From contig JAQXIG010000051.1 of assembly GCA_029007685.1 (NCBI GenBank), forward strand, positions 1 through 24,591: a stretch of DNA of 24,591 bases, given 5' to 3'. Numbering within the stretch: position 1 is the stretch's first letter; the number at the start of each line of letters is the position of its first letter. The position numbers were made by a program, and so were the translations under genes. The DNA is from a bacterium (GTDB lineage: Bacteria > Bacillota_I > Bacilli_A > RF39 > UBA660). The notes under the pieces were generated by a model, which saw only the letters and a program-made list of their open reading frames with translations, searched no databases and was not told where the DNA came from. Shown here in pieces: positions 1-9,026 of this stretch.

Positions 1-144
1 TGCTTTATAATTTAGTTATCTAAAAACAATAGAAAGCAAGGTTTTAACCGTATGAAAATTATACCATACAAAAAGATATTTCTTTAAAAATGCCTTTAAT
101 TTATGCTTATTTATCTCTTAATATATTTGGTCTATCATAAATTA

Positions 145-357
145 TCACACTTGTGGAACTTCATGTACGATAGTACGATTTACAACTCTTTCTTGCATTG
201 GCTCGATGATTGGTCTTTGCATTCCTCCAGCCATTTGAGGGGCCATTGGTCCCATCTGATTGTTTGTCATCTGAATGTTCATATCCACATCCATATTTTC
301 TGCATTAAAAGTGTTGTTCACTTCGTTTTGTCTATCATAACAACAATTTCTAAACAT
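145..357 (-). CDS. CotD-like spore coat protein, N-terminal part only (apparently truncated)
   Basis: Strong RBS AGGAGG (367-372). Cys/Met/Asn-rich N-terminus followed by PIIEPMQERVVNRTIVHEVP, which resembles CotD-family proteins just before their P-H-x-x-P/His-rich segment. The ORF ends HEVPQV-TGA-TAA. Family assignment is from recalled motif similarity, not a search. Confidence 0.55.
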   Translation of the reverse strand: MFRNCCYDRQNEVNNTFNAENMDVDMNIQMTNNQMGPMAPQMAGGMQRPIIEPMQERVVNRTIVHEVPQV

Positions 358-374
358 AGTTTCTTTCCTCCTAT

Positions 375-390
375 CTAGTTTATAGTATGA
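375..390 (-). promoter_or_regulatory. Putative mother-cell sigma (sigK/sigE-type) -10 element CATACTATA
   Basis: Minus strand reads TCATACTATAAACTAG just upstream of the RBS. It matches CATAnnnTA and is 14/16 identical to the motif at 15829-15844. No clear -35 element. Confidence 0.45.
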
Positions 391-509
391 TCTTTAGATT
401 TTTGGCAATAATGGATTGGCCTATTTCTTTGTTATTTTTCACTATTTTGTGATTTAGTATCTGTTATTCACATACTATTCCTTGCTTATTCTATTTTATT
501 TTAGACATC

Positions 510-554
510 AAAAAAATGTAGCTTTCTTCCCATTTAAGAAATCTACATTTTTTT
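510..554. terminator. Bidirectional intrinsic terminator
   Basis: Perfect 12-bp arms AAAAAAATGTAG/CTACATTTTTTT, plus inner TTTCTT/AAGAAA pairing. Confidence 0.7.
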
Positions 555-628
555 AACTTGCATATTCACAAGGACTGATTGTCATTCTCTATCCTTTTTC
601 TGGTTTCTACTTTTATTATTAGTAGATG

Positions 629-1154
629 TTATTTTTGTAATTTTTCTACTATCGCTTCTATTTCTTTGTCATCTAGCTTTATATATTCATTTACAGAACT
701 CATGTGATTAGGTTTTCCTTCTTTATGATGAAAGTCAGTTCCTATAACTACGATTCAATTATTTTTTTTGGTTACAATGATTCCATTTGGCAATTTCCTT
801 TATTTGATTAACGTGATTCTGTCATTATCTGATTGATTATTAGTATATTTATATACTATCAGATGGGCTAATACTACTTTACCACCGGCACTTCTGATTC
901 ATTCTGCTCCTTTTTTAGGGGTATCGTTTCTTTTACTTCATTCACCGTGGTCTTGATAATTGTTCCATGTTGAGGATGTGATTCCAAAATTTCATGAAGG
1001 TTGATGAATTATTGAAAATATCACATGCAATATGAGCTTTGATTACCGCTTCCTTTATTATCTCTTTTGGAGATATTTTTCCATCTTAACAACTGATGTG
1101 AATAGTCAAACCTATGCGTTTTTCCACTTCATTCTTTAGTTTGATTTTAAACAT
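629..1154 (-). pseudogene. Decayed PHP-domain metal-dependent phosphoesterase
   Basis: Fragments in shifting frames: LTIHISC*DGKISPKEIIKEA (DLHxHxxxSDG motif), KAHIACDIF (RPHIA motif), IRSAGGKVVLAHL (GGxxVLAHP motif) and IGTDFHH (GSDFH motif). Stops, frameshifts and internal deletions are present. Confidence 0.7.
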
Positions 1155-1167
1155 TCATGTTATTGAT

Positions 1168-1194
1168 AAAAAAAGACCAGATTTTTTTGATCTT
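1168..1194 (-). terminator. Intrinsic terminator after ffh
   Basis: AAGAUCA/UGGUCUU stem (with a G-U pair) followed by a U-tract, about 30 nt after the ffh stop. Confidence 0.55.
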
Positions 1195-1226
1195 ATTATC
1201 ATATTCTTGATCTTTTGATGTGTTTA

Positions 1227-2534
1227 TTAAAATGGCATTTTGAAATTACCACTAGCCATTTGTTTCATCATTTTTTTCATCTGTTCAAATTGGGTTAGTA
1301 GTTTGTTTACTTCTTGAACCGATAGTCCACAACCTTTGGCTATTCTAGTTTTACGACTAGCTTTGATGATATCAGGATTTTTTCTTTCTTTCGGTGTCAT
1401 TGATAAAATAATCGCTTCGACATGAGCCATTTGCTTCGGATCAATATTGATATTATTTAATCCCATTTTTTTGGCGCCCGGTAACATTTTGATTAAGTTT
1501 TCTAGTGGTCCTAATTTTTTGATTTGTTTCATTTGTTTTAAGAAATCTTCTAAATCGAATTTTCCAGATTGCATTTTTTTAGTAGCGGACAAGGCTTCTT
1601 CTTCGTCAATTACTTCGGTTGCTTTTTCTACTAAGGCGATAATATCACCCATTCCTAAAATTCTACCAGCCATTCTTTCAGGATCAAATGGTTCAATACC
1701 ATCTAATTTTTCGCTTACACCAATCATTTTAATTGGTACCTTGGTTAAGTGTCTTACCGATAAAGCAACCCCACCTCTGGTATCTCCATCTAATTTGGTT
1801 AAAATTACTCCTGTTAAATTTAAGGTGCTGTTGAAACCTTCGATTACATTAATCGCATCTTATCCCATCATGGAATCAATGACTAATAAAATCTCTTGTG
1901 GTTTGATTACTGCATTCAACTTTTTTAGTTCTTCCATTAATTCTTCGTCAATATGTAATCTACCAGCGGTGTCAATTAACACATAGTCAAATTGGTGTTC
2001 TTTGGCATATTGGAGGGCATTCTCGGCAATTTCGACAGCATTTTTCTTACCTTCTTCATAAACTTCAATGTTTAATTGTTTCCCTAGCTGCTTTAACTGT
2101 TCGATAGCAGCAGGGCGATATATATCACAAGCTACTAGCAGTGGTTTTTTACTATGTTTTTTTCGTAAAAAGTTTGCTAATTTTCCAATCGTAGTTGTTT
2201 TACCACTTCCCTGAAGACCAACTAACATTAAAGTAGCAGGATTGCCATTTGTGTTGATTGGACTATTTTCGCCACCTAGTAATTCTGTTAATTCATCTTT
2301 TACAATCTTAACGAATAGATCACCTGGTTTTAGGCTTTTCTTTACTTCTTCCCCTAATGCTTTTTCTTTGACAGTATTCGTGAATTCTTTTACTACTTTA
2401 TAATTTACATCAGCTTCTAATAAGGCCAGACGAATCTCGCGCATCATATCACTGATATTTTCTTCGGTTATTTTACCATACCCTTTTATCTTGTGGATCG
2501 CATTCTGCAGTCTATCTCCTAGTGATTCAAACAT
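1227..2534 (-). CDS. ffh: Signal recognition particle protein Ffh (435 codons), interrupted by one in-frame TAA at 1860-1862
   Basis: ORFs 1860-2534 and 1227-1727 are in the same frame. The linker translates cleanly: DSMMG*DAINVIEGFNSTLNLTGVILTKLDGDTRGG. Motifs GLQGSGKTT, DTAGR and TKLDG are present, as is the Met-rich M domain. RBS AAGGAGG. Confidence 0.95.
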
Positions 2535-2918
2535 CTTATTCCTCCTTATCTAACTCGTTAATATTATAGCTAATATTATGATAAAAAACTAGTCTTAATT
2601 CATGATAAAGAAATTCAAAACTATACTTTTTGGATCATGATCTTTTTTCTTCAAAAAAATATCTACTGATTGGTGAATAATGTGGCAAGCAAATTCTTGA
2701 ACTTCTACTATCATTCTAGTATTTTTCTATTTTCCAAAGCAAATCTATAGTGGTTTTCTAAAAAAGAAAAAGATACAGGTATCCAGACACAGTACTTTTC
2801 TAATTACTAAAAATGATTCTTTTGTTCTTTCATTTAATTGATTAATCATTCGCATTTGCTTATCTCCATACTAATTGACAGGTAAACTATTCATAGCTAA
2901 AAATATATGATTGCTCCT

Positions 2919-4676
2919 TTATCCTCTATTGGTCCAAGTAGCTACGACATTACAACTACTACTTTGTGGCATGGGATTTGGCATTTCTATTTTTACAATC
3001 ATTGGAATTTTGAAAGCGCTACCAAACATCAAGCAGCTTCCAACTTGTAGTGCTTTTTGTTTTTCGATGGTATCATCAGTGATATTAGGAATCATTTTGG
3101 TAATGTATTCAATATCCCGTGGATGACTCATCTTGAAAATCAAAAAATTAGAGCATTGTGATATTACCGTTTCTGATAAATCGACTGGTCTTTGAGAAAC
3201 TAGTGCTATCAACATGCCATATTTTCTTCCTTCTTTGGCTACACGATCAAAAATATTATATCCGAACAAGAAATTATCTTGATCTTTTTGTACGTAACGA
3301 TGTGCTTCTTCTAAAATAATATTAAATGGGACTGATCCACGCTCTATTTTTTTCGAAAACTCTAAGATTAAGCGAGTCAATATTTTTACGATCGATTTGG
3401 CAAAACTATCGTCGACATCTTCCAAATTGATATTTACAATTTGGAATTTTTTCCCGTCTTTGATAATCATGCTGCTTAAGTATTGGTCTAATCTAACAAA
3501 GTCTTTGTAGTCGAAGAATTTGGCATTATTTCCAATTACTAATTCATGTAGTTTTACTTTTAAGGTTATGGCATCGGCATAAACATTTTCATTTCCTAAC
3601 CACCCCTCACTAATTAAGGCAAAGTTTAAAGCTTTCTCCATATCTTTTAAGGTGAAATACTGGACATCTTCTGGTTCATATTGATTTAATTCTGGATTGA
3701 TAAATTTATTTATATATTCCGTTAATAGTACTCTTTCCGTAAATTGATCACTATTATCAATTAGAAAACATTCTTGGAGACGTCTGGTATATCCAATCCC
3801 TTGTACGGTCGCATTTAAATTGAAAGCTTCAGTTGGGCAGGTATTTAAAATCGAAAAAATTTCATCTCTCTTACTTGCTGATCCTTTATTTGAATACATA
3901 ACCATCATAATGGCACTCGCTATTAAATGATTTTTATATTTCATGGCTGATTCATCGGACTGAGATAATATCTTTACTAATTTTAGCATTTTTTCAATAA
4001 TCGATAATTGGGTATGAGTAGTTGCTGATAACAATAGAGCAACATCTTCTACATTTAGTAACCAAATCGGAATTTGTAACAATTCTCCACCATGAACACT
4101 ATTTTTATTAGTTGTGAAAAAACGATAATGATAATTGGGGTTTTTTTCGTTTATTTTAGAAAAAGCAGTATAATATTCTCCTGATGAATCAAAGATTAAA
4201 AAATTAGAACGAAAAGGGATAAAATTCGGGTTATAGAAAATATTTTGAATTAATCTAGCTACTCCACAACTTTTTCCACCACCGGTATTTCCAAAAATAC
4301 ACATATGATTGCTAAAAATTTCGTTCATATCTGCATACACTTTTTTATTGGCATAAAAAGGACTTATTCCTAATTCAACGTTACCAAGACCTTCTTGGTT
4401 TACAATTAGTGACAATTCTTCTATAGTTAATGTTCTAATATTGGCAGTTAAACTTGGTTTTCTTAGTACTCCACCGATAAATTTATTATTGACAATTTCT
4501 CCTAATAATTTTACTTTTACAACTCCAGCCAATAATTCTTTTACTTCTGCTAGGATCGTTTTATCTTGATCTTGGAGTATTAGTGGCATGTTCATGATAT
4601 CTGTTTCTATTCTTTCTGAATCTTTTAATTTTATTTCTGCATCATGATTTCCAATATAAATAATTTTTTCAAACAT
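2919..4676 (-). CDS. HerA/DUF87-like (FtsK-HerA superfamily) P-loop ATPase
   Basis: Walker A IFGNTGGGKS, Walker B IILEEAHRY, EGRKYG arginine-finger motif and SQRP motif. The N-terminal region is compatible with a HAS-barrel-like domain. Confidence 0.85.
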   Translation of the reverse strand: MFEKIIYIGNHDAEIKLKDSERIETDIMNMPLILQDQDKTILAEVKELLAGVVKVKLLGEIVNNKFIGGVLRKPSLTANIRTLTIEELSLIVNQEGLGNVELGISPFYANKKVYADMNEIFSNHMCIFGNTGGGKSCGVARLIQNIFYNPNFIPFRSNFLIFDSSGEYYTAFSKINEKNPNYHYRFFTTNKNSVHGGELLQIPIWLLNVEDVALLLSATTHTQLSIIEKMLKLVKILSQSDESAMKYKNHLIASAIMMVMYSNKGSASKRDEIFSILNTCPTEAFNLNATVQGIGYTRRLQECFLIDNSDQFTERVLLTEYINKFINPELNQYEPEDVQYFTLKDMEKALNFALISEGWLGNENVYADAITLKVKLHELVIGNNAKFFDYKDFVRLDQYLSSMIIKDGKKFQIVNINLEDVDDSFAKSIVKILTRLILEFSKKIERGSVPFNIILEEAHRYVQKDQDNFLFGYNIFDRVAKEGRKYGMLIALVSQRPVDLSETVISQCSNFLIFKMSHPRDIEYITKMIPNITDDTIEKQKALQVGSCLMFGSAFKIPMIVKIEMPNPMPQSSSCNVVATWTNRG

Positions 4677-4694
4677 AGCCTTGTTCCCTTCTTT

Positions 4695-4985
4695 TTAAAT
4701 TAATTCTTCTATTTTCATTTTTATTTCTTCATCGATATTGTTTAACAATAGTCTTATCTTTTGTGATTTTTCATATAGTTTTAAAGTATTTTCATAATAT
4801 TCTAATTTTTCTTCCATGATTTTAATTTGGCCATGAACCGCATTTCTACTTACTTGATTATTCTCTGCAATTTCCGATAGTGATAAATCTTCAAAGTAAT
4901 ATGCTTCAAAGTACTCTTTTTGTTTTTGGGTAAATAGATCTGAATAATAGTCATATAGATTGTTGAAATATATTTTTTTATCCAT
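4695..4985 (-). CDS. ylxM: YlxM/p13-like HTH protein (SRP-associated)
   Basis: LYDYYSDLFTQKQKEYFEAYYFEDLSLSEIAE...VSRNAVH signature; located between ftsY and ffh. Confidence 0.88.
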   Translation of the reverse strand: MDKKIYFNNLYDYYSDLFTQKQKEYFEAYYFEDLSLSEIAENNQVSRNAVHGQIKIMEEKLEYYENTLKLYEKSQKIRLLLNNIDEEIKMKIEELI

Positions 4986-4993
4986 AACTTCTC

Positions 4994-6055
4994 CTACATC
5001 ATATCTTTGAATAATCCATAGATATATTTTTCGATATCGAATGGTTGGAGATCTTCTTTGGTTTCTCCTAAGCCAATATATTTTACAGGAAGTTTGGCTT
5101 CTTCTTTAATCGCTAGTACAATTCCTCCTTTGGCCGTTCCGTCTAGTTTGGTTAAGACAATCCCTGTAATATTAGTAATTTCTTGAAAACTTTTGGCTTG
5201 GTTAATTCCATTTTGACCAGTTGTGGCATCGATAATCAGTAGTGTTTCATGAGGTGCATTAGGAATTTGATTGGTGATTACTCGATTTATCTTTTCCAAT
5301 TCTTTCATTAGATTTACTTTATTTTGAAGTCGACCAGCAGTATCGATTAACACTACATCGAAGCCTTCTTTTTTGGCTTTTTCCACTCCTTCAAATACTA
5401 CTGATGCCGGATCACTTCCTTCTTCTTTGCCCAGAAATGATGCCCCTACTCTATGACTCCATTCTTCTAATTGTTTAGTTGCTCCAGCTCTAAAAGTATC
5501 TCCTGCCACTAATAAAACTTTTCTTCCTTCGTTTACCATTTTCCATGCCAACTTACCAATGGTCGTGGTTTTTCCTACACCATTTACTCCTACAAATAGT
5601 AATACAGTTGGTCCGTCTTCACTATAATGAATCTTACTTTCTAAAATGTTATCTTCGACATAAATAATAAACAACTCATCGACGATGATTTCTTTTAGTT
5701 CTTTTGGATCTTCTAGATGCTCCTTTTTTACCCGTTCACGTAAGCGCTCGATAAAGTTCATGACTGTCTTTACACCAATATCTGCCATAATTAAAATCTC
5801 TTCTAGTTCATCAAAATATTCATCCGTTATTTTCTGGTAACGATTGGTTAAACTTAAGAGATTAGAAACAAATCCTTTTCGACTTTTAGTTAAGCCTTTT
5901 TCGTAAATTTTTACGTCATCTTGAACAGTTGCTTCGACCTTTTTTTCTCTTTTTTCTCCATTTTTTACTTCGAACTTTTCTACAGTTAACTCATTTTCGT
6001 TGATCATCGTTTCTTCTTTTTGAAACATTTTTTTAATTTTATTAAATAGTCCCAT
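4994..6055 (-). CDS. ftsY: SRP receptor FtsY
   Basis: GVNGVGKTTTIGKLA, DTFRAGA, DTAGRLQNKVNLM, DATTGQNG and TKLDGTAKGG motifs. Confidence 0.97.
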   Translation of the reverse strand: MGLFNKIKKMFQKEETMINENELTVEKFEVKNGEKREKKVEATVQDDVKIYEKGLTKSRKGFVSNLLSLTNRYQKITDEYFDELEEILIMADIGVKTVMNFIERLRERVKKEHLEDPKELKEIIVDELFIIYVEDNILESKIHYSEDGPTVLLFVGVNGVGKTTTIGKLAWKMVNEGRKVLLVAGDTFRAGATKQLEEWSHRVGASFLGKEEGSDPASVVFEGVEKAKKEGFDVVLIDTAGRLQNKVNLMKELEKINRVITNQIPNAPHETLLIIDATTGQNGINQAKSFQEITNITGIVLTKLDGTAKGGIVLAIKEEAKLPVKYIGLGETKEDLQPFDIEKYIYGLFKDMM

Positions 6056-6090
6056 ATCTACTCTCCCTGACCTTTTTTACTTTTGTTTTC

Positions 6091-6119
6091 ATTATAACAA
6101 AGTTTTTTGTTAATTGCTA
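6091..6119 (-). promoter_or_regulatory. Putative sigA promoter for the ftsY cluster
   Basis: TAGCAA-17 nt-TATAAT with an extended -10 (TGTTATAAT). Confidence 0.5.
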
Positions 6120-6127
6120 GTCAAGTA

Positions 6128-6910
6128 CTACTTTTTCACTATGATTTTAGCTAATAGTGGAAAGTGATCACTGTAGTCATCTAAGTAGGAATCGTTGATT
6201 GTTTTTACTTCTACTACTTGCCAGTCTGTGGGGATAAAAATGTGATCGATTGCACTACGTCTTTTATGTTTTTTGAAAGTTGATCCATTGAAGTCAATTC
6301 TCTTTAAATCATAGCATTCTACTTCGGTGATAAATTTTTGAAAGGCTTTATCTTTAATATTGGTATTAAAATCTCCCATTAAAATTACGGGAATAGTAGA
6401 AGATTCAATTTTTTTCTTTAGCTTTTTTAGTTGCAGTCTATTTATTCCTCGTAAATGAACTGATAAATGGGTGTTGATTACTCTTATTCTACCATAATTT
6501 TCAATATCCAGAATGGCTTCGGTCATGATACGAGGGGTAATTGTTTTATATTTAAAAAGCCCATTGTATAATTCTTTTAAGTTTCTGGGAAACCATGGCA
6601 ATTCTGTGGTTTTGGCCGTTAATACTGGCAAATTGGTGATGATGTTGTTGGCTTCATTATATTTATCTAAATAGGATATACTTCTTACTAATTTGCTTTT
6701 ACCATAGCGATAGTTTCCTACCACATGGTATGACTTTAGACTTTTTCTTAATATTTTTAAAGTAGAAGAAACCATTTCTTGGGTGGCTAATATTTGAATC
6801 TTATTCTCTTTTGTTAATCGATGGTAAATTTCTTCAATATATTTTGAATCTTTATCTTTTAATAAGTTATCATTTCTAACATTATAACTACAAATTATTA
6901 GTTCTTTCAC
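6128..6910 (-). CDS. Endonuclease/exonuclease/phosphatase (EEP, DNase I-like) family protein
   Basis: SYNV, LATQE, INTHL, ILMGDFN, IDHIF and SDHFP catalytic motifs. Confidence 0.9.
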   Translation of the reverse strand: MKELIICSYNVRNDNLLKDKDSKYIEEIYHRLTKENKIQILATQEMVSSTLKILRKSLKSYHVVGNYRYGKSKLVRSISYLDKYNEANNIITNLPVLTAKTTELPWFPRNLKELYNGLFKYKTITPRIMTEAILDIENYGRIRVINTHLSVHLRGINRLQLKKLKKKIESSTIPVILMGDFNTNIKDKAFQKFITEVECYDLKRIDFNGSTFKKHKRRSAIDHIFIPTDWQVVEVKTINDSYLDDYSDHFPLLAKIIVKK

Positions 6911-6961
6911 AACATCACTTCCTACCCTATTGTATTTTATTCATGTTTGTTTCATATCATT

Positions 6962-7004
6962 AAAAATTATGCTAATCGATAAAATTTATCTATTAGCATA
7001 ATTT
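6962..7004 (-). terminator. Intrinsic terminator after the histidine kinase
   Basis: 13-bp perfect arms AAATTATGCTAAT/ATTAGCATAATTT with an inner GATAAA/TTTATC stem; U-run on the minus strand. Confidence 0.65.
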
Positions 7005-7015
7005 ATTATATCCTT

Positions 7016-8959
7016 TTAAAATTTTTCTAAATCTTCTTTATCGCCACCAAATACAACCGTTGGAGCACCTTTCCATCTATCTTCGGATGATGATATTTTT
7101 TTCTTAAATATGATATCTAGTTTTTCTTTCATTTGATCTTTCGTAAATGGTTTGGCAATGTAGTCAGTGAATCCTTTGCTAATATATTTTTCTCTAGCTC
7201 CTGCTACAGCATCTGCTGTTAGGGCGATTACTGGGGTATTGAAGCTTGGATTTTCTTGTAGTTTCATGATGGCCTTTTCGCCATTCATATTTGGCATCAT
7301 AATATCCATTAGTATTAAATCATAGGTGTTTCCCGCACTAATTTTGTCTAGACACTCTTGTCCATCATAACATTCATCTATTTCAAAATGAAAGGATGAC
7401 ATGGCTCTTGTTGCTACTTTGATATTTAGTTTATTATCATCTACTATTAACACTTTTTTGGATCCATATTCGGAGATACTATTTCCATTTTCTACTACTT
7501 TTTGACTATTTCTTCTCAAAATTTCGGCAGTATTTAACAGCTCTTCTTCGGTTGCAGGTTTTACTAATTTACTTATTTTCTGAGGAATATTAACCACAAA
7601 GATTGATCCTTCTTTGTATTGGCTTTGGACATTTATTTTTCCCCCCATCATTTCTACTAATGATTTGGTAATGGCTAGCCCTAACCCTGTGCCTTCGGTA
7701 GTAGTATTTTTTTCTACATCTAGTCGTTCAAACTTGGTGAACAGTTTATTAATATATTCGGCTTTAATTCCTCGGCCTGTATCTTGAACACTTATGATTA
7801 AATTACAGATCTGATTTTGATTGATACACTTTACACTTAGGGTGATACTCCCTTGTTCAGTGTATTTAATCGCATTGGATAAAAGATTGTTCACTATTTG
7901 TTTCACATGCACTTTATCCCCAATTAATTCATAGGGAATATCTTCAGCAATCTTTAAATTAAAGTCAATTGGTTTTTCTCCGATTCGGGTCGTTATTACT
8001 TTCACTAAAGAAGTTATTTCCTTTTTTAAATTATATGGTTTGTTTACTATTTCTAATTTTTCACTTTAAATTTTGTTGATATCTAAGATGTTTCCTATTA
8101 TTTCTAGTAATGTTTGGCTAGCATTTTGGATATCTTCAGAGTTTTCAATTACTTCTGGAGGGAGTTGGTCTTTATAGGATTCAATATCAGCAGAAAGTCC
8201 GATTATAGCATTTAAAGGTGTTCTGATTTCGTGGCTCATACTAGATAGAAAATCTGATTTTGCGCGATTGGCTTTTTCGGCTTGAATTTTAGCAAGAGTC
8301 ACTTCATTTAACATTTTTAGATCTGGGTTTTCTATGGTATGGTACATTACTACTACTACGATAGTTAAGGCAAAATTTATTAAAAACAAATCTGGAAACA
8401 TTTTTTGAATTATCATCGCACACAATATCATTATTATAATTAAAAAAATAGGAACATATTTTTTCAATACAATATCTTTTAAATTTTCCAATGCTAGTAT
8501 TAAGGATAGTAGAAGGCATATTGCTACATAAGCATAAGTCATCATAACCCCTATTCCATTTGGATATGCTGAAAATGATGTTATTTCAAAATGAATTGGT
8601 AGTATCAATGATAATATAGCTAATATCGAGAATATACCTATAAAATGCGTTTTTCTCAATTTTAATACAGATTTTTTAGAAATGGAATATGCATAAGATA
8701 GAAATAAGGTAATCCATGCATTAAAATATAGAAGCATGATTTTTGCTATCAATTTGTAAAGTGTACTATCCACATTCATGCCATTTTTATATATTATAAA
8801 CCCTATTATATCCATTGCTGTGCCCAAAAAAGTAATCAATAAAATTAGTCCATAGGTTGTTGTTTCACTATTGTTAATTTTCTTTTTGGCAAAAAATATG
8901 ATTATAAATATTATCAAAAATATCAAACAACATATAGAAAAATATGCTCCAATCATCAT
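7016..8959 (-). CDS. Membrane-bound hybrid sensor histidine kinase/response regulator (647 codons), interrupted by one in-frame TAA at 8066-8068
   Basis: Multi-TM N-terminus, H-box [10 protein letters not shown]-box [11 protein letters not shown] boxes DTGRGI and GTGLGL, and a receiver domain (IVDD, LMDIMMP, KPF). ORFs 8066-8959 and 7016-8005 are in frame, and the linker reads [28 protein letters not shown]. Confidence 0.92.
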
Positions 8960-9026
8960 TACACCTCTTTATCTTTTATAAATAAATCATATCACTAAAC
9001 AAAAAATAAGTCTACTTATTGTAAAC

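Noticed and set aside
1-150. A second group II intron starting at GTGTG and interrupting the CotD-like gene
   Set aside because: GTGTG only loosely matches GUGYG, and the following 145 nt are extremely AT-rich with promoter-like signals and no visible domain I stems. Not supported, though the window edge prevents full exclusion.
2919-4676. Conjugative VirB4/VirD4 ATPase of an ICE
   Set aside because: No relaxase, T4SS membrane genes, integrase or att repeats nearby; the motif set (EEAH, EGRKYG, SQRP) fits the HerA/DUF87 clade.
1860-8068. Genome-wide reassignment of TAA as a sense codon
   Set aside because: The two internal TAAs align to different residues (Gln and Glu) and share no context. 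TAA is the true terminal stop of ffh, ylxM, tsaD and others, at expected positions and before terminators.
8304-8519. 71-aa minus-strand ORF
   Set aside because: Alternative frame entirely inside the histidine kinase gene.
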